This document shows positions 24,829 through 32,470 of a stretch of DNA of 64,000 nucleotides, in pieces. The notes beneath the pieces are model-generated. The model was not told the origin of the DNA, made no database searches, and saw only the letters and a program-made list of their open reading frames with translations. Location: assembly GCA_964567575.1 (NCBI GenBank), contig CAZMMZ010000003.1:4328-68327 (forward strand), read 5' to 3'. The stretch is from Candidatus Undinarchaeota archaeon. GTDB lineage: Archaea > Undinarchaeota > Undinarchaeia > Undinarchaeales > UBA543. The stretch's first letter is position 1. Each line of letters starts with the position of its first letter. The position numbers were made by a program, and so were the translations under genes.

Positions 24829-26565
24829 TTATCTCTTCTCAACGATTTTATCGCGCCATTTATTCCAATCATCTTCAAGTTCATTAAAAATTATTTTAAT
24901 ATGTTCATCACTCCACTTATTATTTTTCAAATGCATTTCAAGTTTCTTTCTCTCAACTCCGTTTTTCATATGGAATGCAATGTACTTCTTCAATGCGTTT
25001 TTGTGTCGATCTGTGAGTGCGTGCTTTTTCTTGGACTCTGGTGGCTCTTTCCTAATTTTTAATTTGAATAATAATAATTGCCAATCCTTAATTAATTCCA
25101 TTTCAAATTTCTTGTCAACAACAATTACAGTTCCTACTCCAACAATAAAGAGTGTAATAATAACAATGGCTACCCACAATGCATTGTCGATTCCTAGTGT
25201 TTTTGTTCTGCCTTCAAATTCTTTTACAATTTCTGAAACATCTTTTTCTGGAATGTCTCCTCCAATTGGAACTTCTGGTTTGTCTGGAATCGGTATCGGT
25301 TCCACTCCTTTGACAACTAACGTTCGCAATTCAGAATTGTATTCATTATCTGAATCATCAATACAGCGGATTCTCCATTCCCAAATTCCTTCTGAAACCG
25401 AAACCATTGAAAATGCAGTTTCTTCATCACTTGTCCCGCCCTTTTTCACTTCGCGGACACTTTTGTTTGTTATTAATTCACATCGATTCAAACCAAGAAG
25501 CGCCCTCGGAATATATTTGAAATTTACATTTCCTGTTTCTATGTTTTCGTAATCTTCTGGAGCTGTTGCTTTAACATTAATGTATTCGCTCATCAGAATT
25601 GTTTTGTTAACCCACAAATTGCGTTGACTTGAAGTGACATTATTTCCTTCAGAATCATGACAAGTGATAGACCAATTATATGGTCCTGTTTTTACATGCA
25701 CTTGTTCAAACATATTTACTGAATTATTGACAATATCACTATTTGTTCCATTAACCGATTCATTTAATTCTAATGTGCACCATCGCAATGGTAACCGACT
25801 TTTTGGAGTATATTTGAAAGTAACATATCCATCAAGATCAACTGCATCCTCTATTGGACTATTCAAAGTAATCATTTGAGAAGTTGTTAATTCTGCAATT
25901 AAAAGTCCATGCGATGATTCTCCAACATTACCTGCTTTGTCTTCACATAAAACTTTCCACATATAATCTCCTTCTGTTAATACAATTTCAGGGAAAGTCG
26001 AAGTTCCATTTCCTGCATTTGCAATATATCCTTTTTTCTCATCCTCAACAAACAATGTACAATTCTCAATTCCGGTTTCCATATCTATTGCATTGACTTT
26101 GAAAACAGTTCTTCCATTTGTTGTGTTGTAAGTTGTTACAGAATTATCTACAGTAATTGTCGGTGCAACATCATCTAAAACTATATTGACAGTTCTATTT
26201 GTGGAATTATGAAGATTTGTATAATTATCTCTGCACTGAATATAGTACCACCAGGTTCCGTTTGTCAGTGCAACATCTTTGAAATACTGTTGTTGACTTC
26301 TTTCTATTGTGCTACTTAATGCAATGTAAGTTCCATTTGAAATTATTTTACACCAGCTTACATTGTTATCACTTGTTGGCGTATATGTGAAATTAACCAA
26401 CGCTTCCTGTTTTTGTAATGTTGATGGCATTCGAATATATTCATTCGCGTCTGGTTCAGTAATACTTATTGTCACTGGGCTCGTGTTCCCTGGGATCGCA
26501 TATACTGCACCTGCCATGGCTAGGATTGAAAATAAAAAGACCAAAGCCATCAATGACCGCTTCAT
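24829..26565 (-). CDS. Large surface protein: signal peptide, four Ig-like repeats, TM anchor and cytoplasmic helical tail
   Basis: Signal peptide MKRSLMALVFLFSILAMAGAVYA. Four ~95-aa repeats each hold a Cys pair and a W-x-(W/Y)-x-(I/V)-x-C-x-D motif (WWYYIQCRD, YMWKVLCED, YNWSITCHD, WEWRIRCID). There are many N-x-S/T sequons, and the TM helix is ALWVAIVIITLFIVGVGTVIVV. Confidence 0.7.
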   Translation of the reverse strand: MKRSLMALVFLFSILAMAGAVYAIPGNTSPVTISITEPDANEYIRMPSTLQKQEALVNFTYTPTSDNNVSWCKIISNGTYIALSSTIERSQQQYFKDVALTNGTWWYYIQCRDNYTNLHNSTNRTVNIVLDDVAPTITVDNSVTTYNTTNGRTVFKVNAIDMETGIENCTLFVEDEKKGYIANAGNGTSTFPEIVLTEGDYMWKVLCEDKAGNVGESSHGLLIAELTTSQMITLNSPIEDAVDLDGYVTFKYTPKSRLPLRWCTLELNESVNGTNSDIVNNSVNMFEQVHVKTGPYNWSITCHDSEGNNVTSSQRNLWVNKTILMSEYINVKATAPEDYENIETGNVNFKYIPRALLGLNRCELITNKSVREVKKGGTSDEETAFSMVSVSEGIWEWRIRCIDDSDNEYNSELRTLVVKGVEPIPIPDKPEVPIGGDIPEKDVSEIVKEFEGRTKTLGIDNALWVAIVIITLFIVGVGTVIVVDKKFEMELIKDWQLLLFKLKIRKEPPESKKKHALTDRHKNALKKYIAFHMKNGVERKKLEMHLKNNKWSDEHIKIIFNELEDDWNKWRDKIVEKR

Positions 26566-26660
26566 AAAAACCTGTAGTGTTTTGGGTTTAAAAATACATT
26601 TGTTTTCCCTTAACCCAATCAGAAAACTATAAAACCGAATTTATCTACTAAATAATTACT

Positions 26661-27326
26661 ATGAGAGACAATGTTCGATGGATAATAATAAGTGTGCTGA
26701 TTGTCGGTTTACTGATAACCAGTGTTTCTTTTATGAGTAACGGAGTTGCTCCTACTAGTTTTATTTCGCTTAATTCTATTTTAGGAAAAGTCACTGGTCA
26801 GATTACTGGAGTTTATTGCGTTCCTTCAATGAAAATTTCAGCACCAGAAGCAGTTACTATAAGTCCAGGTGCTCACACCGATATTCAAATTGATGTGTCT
26901 GATATCAACTGTGGTGTTTCTCGCGCAACCTTAACTCTTACGGATTTCCCTGAAGATTATTATACTGTCACACCAGAATATCATCCAACTCTTTCACCTA
27001 AAAATGATAATTCTTACACCATAACTTTTAGTGCTCCAAAAGCTGCAGAAGGTATGGTCTATTTAACAAATGCTAGAATCCGAGGCAGTGGTTCTAATTT
27101 CTACAGCAGTGATATTGAAGTTACTGTTGATACACTTCCTACAAAACCAGGTGCTGTTGCAGGCACTCCAGCAATTGAAAATATTGTAACAACTAAATCT
27201 CGAGGTGTTCTTGATTCTTTCCTTAGCAGTCAAACTTGGTGGGCCGTATCACTCATAGTTGTTATTGCAGCAATTTCTCTTGTGATTTATGAATATTTAC
27301 CTGAAGAAGCTAGGAAAACTCGATAA
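26661..27326 (+). CDS. Surface protein with an N-terminal signal anchor and a C-terminal TM anchor
   Basis: N-terminal helix WIIISVLIVGLLITSV, a beta-rich middle, and C-terminal helix WWAVSLIVVIAAISLVIY. Confidence 0.5.
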   Translation: MRDNVRWIIISVLIVGLLITSVSFMSNGVAPTSFISLNSILGKVTGQITGVYCVPSMKISAPEAVTISPGAHTDIQIDVSDINCGVSRATLTLTDFPEDYYTVTPEYHPTLSPKNDNSYTITFSAPKAAEGMVYLTNARIRGSGSNFYSSDIEVTVDTLPTKPGAVAGTPAIENIVTTKSRGVLDSFLSSQTWWAVSLIVVIAAISLVIYEYLPEEARKTR

Positions 27327-27381
27327 TTTTTGACCTACCATAACCTTTAAAAAGGACTGGTATTATAGGAACTGCACTTGA

Positions 27382-27735
27382 ATGAAACGAAATAAGACTA
27401 ACCCCCGCGTTTTGGGTTTAATTAAATCTTTATATGAAAAGTCAGCTGAATCTAAGGCTGCTCTATGGAAGAATTTAGCAAAGCGACTTGAATCCCCCAA
27501 CCAGAACTGGGCGTCAATAAATCTTTCTCGTTTAAGCCGAATTACAAAAGAAGGAGAGACAATTGTTGTTCCTGGAAAAGTTCTTGGCTCAGGTACACTT
27601 TCTCACAAACTTAATATTTTCGCAGTTTCAGCTTCCAAAACCGCACAGGTTCGAATAAAAAAATCTGGTAGCTCTTTTGGAATTATTGAAGATGCACTTG
27701 CAAAACCAGCAAAAGGAGTTCGAATTATAAAATGA
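27382..27735 (+). CDS. rpl18e: 50S ribosomal protein eL18 (L18e)
   Basis: TNPRVLGLIKSL...WKNLAKRLESPNQNWASINLSRLSR..KEGETIVVPGKVLGSG. Confidence 0.9.
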   Translation: MKRNKTNPRVLGLIKSLYEKSAESKAALWKNLAKRLESPNQNWASINLSRLSRITKEGETIVVPGKVLGSGTLSHKLNIFAVSASKTAQVRIKKSGSSFGIIEDALAKPAKGVRIIK

Positions 27736-28151
27736 AAGTTATTGACGCAACAAATCTCAAAGTTGGAAGACTCGCATCTTATGTTGCACATGAAGCTCTA
27801 AAAGGTGAGACCTTTCGAATTGTCAATGCTGAGAAAGCAGTAGTTACTGGCACAAAAGATTCTATTCTTAAAAGATACAAATTCAAGAGAACTGTTGGTT
27901 CACGATATCAGGGTCCATTTTACCCAAAACGATCTGACAGGATTTTAAAACGTTCAATTCGAGGTATGCTTCCATACAAAAAACAAAGAGGAAGGGAAGC
28001 TCTTGATCGCATTCGCGCATATATCGGAGTTCCTGAAGAACTTGCCAAGCAAAAGCCTGAAGTTCCTGAAGTAGCAAAACTCGGTGTTATTGAAAAACGT
28101 ATGTATATGACTCTTGCAAATCTTTCAAATGAACTTGGAGCTAAACAATGA
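27732..28151 (+). CDS. rpl13: 50S ribosomal protein uL13
   Basis: VIDATNLKVGRLASYVA...IVNAEKAVVTG...MLPYKKQRGREALDRIRAYIGVP. Confidence 0.95.
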   Translation: MKVIDATNLKVGRLASYVAHEALKGETFRIVNAEKAVVTGTKDSILKRYKFKRTVGSRYQGPFYPKRSDRILKRSIRGMLPYKKQRGREALDRIRAYIGVPEELAKQKPEVPEVAKLGVIEKRMYMTLANLSNELGAKQ

Positions 28152-28555
28152 GTGCAAAAAAATCTATTACAACAACTGGAAAAAAGAAAAGCGCAAAAGC
28201 GCGTGCATCTATCCAGAAAGGTAGTGGTAAAGTTACTATTAATTCAATCCCTGTTGAAAACTGGGGTTCTTTTTATGAGCGCAATTTGATTCTTGAGCCA
28301 ATGCACATAATGGAAAAAGCTCTCAGCGCAGTTGATATTAGTATTAATGTATTAGGTGGCGGTTCTGTTGGTCAGGCTGCAGCATGTAGGGTTGCAATGG
28401 CTCGCGCGGTTATCAAATTCACAAATGACGACAAATTAAAGAAAGACCTTATAAGCTACGACGATAAGATATTCTCTGGTGATTCAAGGCAGAAAGAACC
28501 TTGTAAACCAAACGATTCTTCAGCTCGTGCACGAAGGCAGAAGAGTTACAGGTAA
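28148..28555 (+). CDS. rps9: 30S ribosomal protein uS9
   Basis: GKKKSAKARASI.KGSGKVTIN...GGGSVGQAAACRVAMARA...DSRQKEPCKPNDSSARARRQKSYR. Confidence 0.95.
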   Translation: MSAKKSITTTGKKKSAKARASIQKGSGKVTINSIPVENWGSFYERNLILEPMHIMEKALSAVDISINVLGGGSVGQAAACRVAMARAVIKFTNDDKLKKDLISYDDKIFSGDSRQKEPCKPNDSSARARRQKSYR

Positions 28556-28562
28556 TGTTAAA

Positions 28563-28757
28563 ATGATTATTCCAGTAAGATGTTTCACATGCGGAAAACC
28601 ACTCGGCGCAGAGTATGAAGAGTTTAAGAAACGTGTTGAGGCAGGCGAAGAAGAAAAAGCAATTCTTGATTCTCTTAATGTTGAACGATACTGTTGCAGA
28701 CGAATGATTCTCACACAACTGGATCTTCTTGAAGAAGTAGCTCAGTTCGACGCATAA
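28563..28757 (+). CDS. rpoN: DNA-directed RNA polymerase subunit N (Rpo10)
   Basis: MIIPVRCFTCGKPLG..YEEF...ERYCCRRMILTQLDL. Start at the internal ATG 28563 of the tracked ORF. Confidence 0.92.
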   Translation: MIIPVRCFTCGKPLGAEYEEFKKRVEAGEEEKAILDSLNVERYCCRRMILTQLDLLEEVAQFDA

Positions 28758-28774
28758 ATATTAATTTTACAAGA

Positions 28775-28792
28775 TACTGACATACGTCAGTA
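28775..28792. promoter_or_regulatory. 7-bp inverted repeat TACTGAC-ATAC-GTCAGTA between rpoN and the HTH_10 gene
   Basis: A perfect 7-bp inverted repeat with a 4-nt spacer, followed by TTTATATA (about 28796-28803) roughly 40 nt upstream of ATG 28844. It could be a terminator hairpin for the ribosomal operon or an operator. Confidence 0.4.
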
Positions 28793-28843
28793 ACATTTAT
28801 ATAGTATAATATTGAGTTTAATTAACCGATTGGGACAAACAAA

Positions 28844-29140
28844 ATGGCAGTTTTAGGATTCCGAAATACGAATAAAGAGCAATCTAATGTTTTGCCTAAT
28901 GTTGATTCTGAGAATTTTACTTATGAAAGTATATCAAAAGAAGTCCGAATCACTCAAAAACAGTTTGAAGCACTTCATACTGCTTTAAAGCACAAGTATT
29001 ATTCTTGGCCACGCAAAGTAACTCTTGAAGATCTTGCACAACGTTCTGATACAACCCGAAGAGCTTTCCAAGAGAACCTGCGAAAAGCTGAAGCCAAACT
29101 TTTCCCGCACCTTGTGAAGAAATTTATGCGCGGCGAATAA
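28844..29140 (+). CDS. HTH_10 (bacterio-opsin-activator-type) DNA-binding protein
   Basis: ITQKQFEALHTALKHKYYSWPRKVTLEDLAQRSDTTRRAFQENLRKAEAKLFPHL matches the C-terminal HTH of Bat-like archaeal regulators. Confidence 0.75.
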   Translation: MAVLGFRNTNKEQSNVLPNVDSENFTYESISKEVRITQKQFEALHTALKHKYYSWPRKVTLEDLAQRSDTTRRAFQENLRKAEAKLFPHLVKKFMRGE

Positions 29141-29191
29141 ATTCTTTTTTATCATAACACTTAAAAGGTGCTAAACTATTTCTGTAGATAG

Positions 29192-30319
29192 ATGGCATTT
29201 AAAATCTCTAAACTTTCAATTCTTTTACTAGCACTTGTTATACTCAGTTTAATATCGCCTTTAGCATATGCTCAAGAAGAAAAGATTGATGTTGTTTATT
29301 TCTACGGCGATGGTTGTCCGCATTGCGGAAATTTAGAAGAATGGCTAGATGAAATCAAAGACGAGTATCCAATTAATCCAATTAGCTACGAAGTTTATTC
29401 AAATCCAGAGAATCGAGATCTTGCTATTAAAATGGCAAAGGAATATGGTGAAAGTTTCCGTGGTGTTCCTATGACTTTCATCTGCGATGAAGTTTTTATT
29501 GGTTTCAGTGAATCAGTTACTGCTGGTCGTATGGAAGCTAAATTAAAAGAATGTCAACAAGCTACTTGTGTAATTTCACCTCTTGATGCTGTTAAAGAAT
29601 GTGAAGGAGATGTTCAAAAAGAAAAATTAACATTCGCTTCTGTTATGACGCTTGCTGTTGCTGATTCAATTAACCCTTGCGCGCTAGCAGTTCTGGCAAT
29701 GGCGTTAATTGCATTGCTTGCAAAAGATCCTGCTAAAAAGAAAAGAGTTTTGCTCGGAGGTTTTGCTTTTATTTCAGCTGTGTTCCTAACGTACTTGATT
29801 TACGGCGGAATCATAATCCAGTTCTTCAAAGTCCTTGAATCTTATTTCGTTTCATTAAGTTTCTATGTCCGAGCGTTATTTGCACTTCTTGCAATTGCGC
29901 TTGGTATTATGAATCTAAAGGATTTTGTCAAATACAAACCAGGTTCATTTGGAACTGAAATGCCTGTGAAACTCAGACCAATGGCTAAGCGAATAATTGC
30001 AAATATCACAAGCCCTTACGGCGCTTTCATAATCGGAATCTTTGTAACTCTGTTCTTATTGCCATGCACAATTGGTCCTTATCTCGTGGTCGGAAATATT
30101 CTGTCAGGACTTGCTTGGGTGAAATCATTGCCATGGCTTTTATTGTATAATATCATTTTTGTCCTGCCAATGGTTGTTGTTACTCTGCTTGTTTACTTCG
30201 GAATGTCTCGCGTCACTGATGTAACTGCATGGAAAGACAAGAATGTAAAATGGCTACACTTTATTGCTGGATTAGTTCTGTTGCTACTTGGTATTGCAAT
30301 GCTATTCGGTTTCGTCTAA
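29192..30319 (+). CDS. Thioredoxin-fold domain fused to a CcdA/DsbD-type transmembrane thiol-disulfide transporter
   Basis: Signal peptide, then VVYFYGDGCPHCGNLEEWL (CPHC), then a 6-TM domain with DSINPCALAVL and LLPCTIGPY, the two half-channel Cys motifs of CcdA/DsbD. Confidence 0.8.
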   Translation: MAFKISKLSILLLALVILSLISPLAYAQEEKIDVVYFYGDGCPHCGNLEEWLDEIKDEYPINPISYEVYSNPENRDLAIKMAKEYGESFRGVPMTFICDEVFIGFSESVTAGRMEAKLKECQQATCVISPLDAVKECEGDVQKEKLTFASVMTLAVADSINPCALAVLAMALIALLAKDPAKKKRVLLGGFAFISAVFLTYLIYGGIIIQFFKVLESYFVSLSFYVRALFALLAIALGIMNLKDFVKYKPGSFGTEMPVKLRPMAKRIIANITSPYGAFIIGIFVTLFLLPCTIGPYLVVGNILSGLAWVKSLPWLLLYNIIFVLPMVVVTLLVYFGMSRVTDVTAWKDKNVKWLHFIAGLVLLLLGIAMLFGFV

Positions 30320-30437
30320 TTCAGAGAGGCTTTACATAAACGTCTTCTACTAGTTTCTTTTATTTTAATCTGTAAAACAAATTTCATAATAAATCTATCT
30401 TGTTTTACAGTTAAATATATGTTTCGCAAAAATCAAA

Positions 30438-30812
30438 TTATGCGTTTTTCTTAATTCTAAACAATAACCAATTCTTCGGCCCCGTTTTCTCGAATTTGAT
30501 AAGACAATATTTTCCTTTGAGCTTTTTTCCTTTTAATTCAAAAACCATTTTCCCAGGGGCTTTGCTTTCCATTTCATAAGTTCCGGAATCCCAAATTTTT
30601 ACAGTGCCTTTTCCATAACCTTCTTCAATTGTTCCTTCAAAATTAATATAAGAAACTGCGTGGTCTTCCACTTGCACTGCCAAACGCTTGAGGCCTACTT
30701 GTTTTGGTGGTTGTTTCGGAACTGCCCAGCTTTTCAAAACCCCATTCATCTCCAACCTAAAGTCCCAGTGCAAATTTGTTGCATTGTGTTCTTGTATTAC
30801 AAATCTATTCAT
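30438..30812 (-). CDS. Stand-alone LigD-type 3'-phosphoesterase domain protein
   Basis: FVIQEHNATNLHWDFRLEMNGVLKSWAVPKQPP...KRLAVQVEDHAVSYINFEGTIEEGYGKGTVKIWDSGTYE is the LigD PE-domain signature. Confidence 0.85.
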   Translation of the reverse strand: MNRFVIQEHNATNLHWDFRLEMNGVLKSWAVPKQPPKQVGLKRLAVQVEDHAVSYINFEGTIEEGYGKGTVKIWDSGTYEMESKAPGKMVFELKGKKLKGKYCLIKFEKTGPKNWLLFRIKKNA

Positions 30813-31359
30813 TTTTTAATTTTTTTAGGATTTTTTTCTTTTTTATTACGTTTTCAATTTCTTCCTTAATATTATAAGCGTGTTCTAGATCTGTTTTAAC
30901 AACGTCTTCCATTTCCATATTTTCTAAAAGTTTAATTTGTTTTTTTAAATCTTTCAAAGCTTTTTCTGGTTCATTATCTCTTTCATATAAAATTTCTGCA
31001 CGAGTAGCGTAAGATCCAGAAAGCAATTTCGTATTTTTTTCATTCTTTATAATATGATTAAGAATTTTCATTGCTTGTTTAAACTTTTTTAATTCTGTTA
31101 ATGTAACTGCTCTGTAATACTGGAGGGCATTATCATCTGGAAACATTTTGCAAAAAAATGTAAAAATTACATTTGCTTTTTTCCATTCTCCATTGTTTAT
31201 TAGTTCAAGCGCGTTGTTTAGGATTTGCATTTTGTCTATTCCAGGTTCTTCTTCCCAAGTTTGAATCAAGTCTTCTTCAAATTCGGATTTTTTTCTTCCT
31301 CTGTTTTTCTTTAATTTTTTTATTGCCATTTTTATTTTTCCCAAGCCGTAGTGCAACAC
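30805..31359 (-). CDS. TPR-like helical repeat protein (paralogue A)
   Basis: Helical-repeat pattern (NNALELINNGEWKKANVIF..., YYRAVTLTELKKFKQAMKILN, YATRAEILYERDNEPEKALKDL) and a basic tail. It overlaps the PE gene by 8 nt. An alternative start lies at 31329. Confidence 0.55.
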   Translation of the reverse strand: MLHYGLGKIKMAIKKLKKNRGRKKSEFEEDLIQTWEEEPGIDKMQILNNALELINNGEWKKANVIFTFFCKMFPDDNALQYYRAVTLTELKKFKQAMKILNHIIKNEKNTKLLSGSYATRAEILYERDNEPEKALKDLKKQIKLLENMEMEDVVKTDLEHAYNIKEEIENVIKKKKILKKLKNE

Positions 31360-31376
31360 TAAGCTTCCTATCGGTT

Positions 31377-31862
31377 TTATCGTTTACTAATTGCGTCAAG
31401 TATTTCTTCTCGTAAGTCTACTGCTTCTTTTAATTGTTCTTTAACACTTTCAGGTTGTCTATATTTTTTCATGAGTTTTATTGCAATGTTAATATCTTTA
31501 AATGCATTTCCCAAGTCATCATGATAATCTAACTGAATTTCAGCACGCATTTTGTAGCTATCAAAAACAGTTGCCTCATCTTTGGCAGTTTTTATTAATC
31601 TATCAAAAGTTTTTTCAGCTTTAGCAAATTGCCCTAATCTAGTTTCACCCATTGCAATAAAAAAATCTGGCCATTCTTTGTTTTTTCGTTTTTTTCTGAG
31701 TTCACTCCAAAGTTTCATTGCTTCTTCCCACTTGTTTTGATTTTGCAAATCAAAAGCTTTTTCTGCTAAAGCTACAAATTCATCATCTCTTGGTTCTAAA
31801 AAATCATTTAGTTGGCCTGTATTGAACCATTCTTGTTTTCTTTTAGCATTTATTACTACCAT
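31377..31862 (-). CDS. TPR-like helical repeat protein (paralogue B)
   Basis: Same layout as paralogue A (AEKAFDLQNQNKWEEAMKLW, YKMRAEIQLDYHDDLGNAFKDI). It starts 1 nt after the XRE gene stop. Confidence 0.55.
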   Translation of the reverse strand: MVVINAKRKQEWFNTGQLNDFLEPRDDEFVALAEKAFDLQNQNKWEEAMKLWSELRKKRKNKEWPDFFIAMGETRLGQFAKAEKTFDRLIKTAKDEATVFDSYKMRAEIQLDYHDDLGNAFKDINIAIKLMKKYRQPESVKEQLKEAVDLREEILDAISKR

Positions 31863-31863
31863 T

Positions 31864-32223
31864 TTATATCCTGAACATGTTTCTACTGAGTTCGCTTGTT
31901 ATGTTGTTGTGTATCTTGAGATCCGCGCGCTGTTTTTTCGTGAGCTTTTTTTTGCGCGTGCGCTTTGGTGCAGATGACTTTTTTGTGGTTCTTCTCCTTT
32001 TTGTTGTTTTCCTTTTCCAGAGAAGATCCCCGGGGGTGAATTGGAATGTTTCGTCGAGAGTGGTTCCTAGCGCATGCGCGAGTCTATGCGCTAGGAGGAG
32101 GGAGGGGTTAAATTGGCTCCGCTCGATCAGACCGACGGTCTCACGAGCGACCCCGGATTCTCGCGCCAGCTCCGATTGGGAGAGATTCTTCCTTGCACGG
32201 AACTCTTTTATCCGGGTTTTCAT
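31864..32223 (-). CDS. XRE-family HTH regulator with a long basic C-terminal tail; G+C-rich relative to its flanks
   Basis: MKTRIKEFRARKNLSQSELARESGVARETVGLIERSQFNPSLLLAHRLAHALGTTLDETFQF followed by KRKTTKRRRTTKKSSAPKRTRKKKLTKK. Start at ATG 32223. The DNA contains runs such as CCGCGCGC, CCCCGGGGG and GCGCATGCGCGAG that are unusual for this window. Confidence 0.8.
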   Translation of the reverse strand: MKTRIKEFRARKNLSQSELARESGVARETVGLIERSQFNPSLLLAHRLAHALGTTLDETFQFTPGDLLWKRKTTKRRRTTKKSSAPKRTRKKKLTKKQRADLKIHNNITSELSRNMFRI

Positions 32224-32386
32224 AATGTAGTTAAAGAGATTAATACCTCTCTTTTTGAGATACACATATCTCTTTATGAGGAATATATATCTCTTTCTGG
32301 TATATAAGTGTTGCGTTTGCTATTAACACATAAACCATAACGCTTATATATTATGTCAAGTAGAGCTTAACTCTGAAATTGGTTCA

Positions 32387-32455
32387 GTTTGTAGTTCGTA
32401 GTTTGTAGTTCGTGGTTACCACTACCTACCTACCACCAACCACTAACCTAACCAA
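32387..32455 (+). promoter_or_regulatory. Thermosome leader element: 14-nt tandem repeat (GT-rich) followed by a G-free AC-rich tract that can pair with it
   Basis: GTTTGTAGTTCGTA (32387-32400) and GTTTGTAGTTCGTG (32401-32414), then GTT, then ACCACTACCTACCTACCACCAACCACTAACCTAACCAA. GTGG-TTA-CCAC forms the apex, and about two thirds of the positions pair in an ungapped register. A TATA-like CTTATATATT lies at 32343-32352. Confidence 0.5.
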
Positions 32456-32470
32456 TAGGACAAACAAAAA

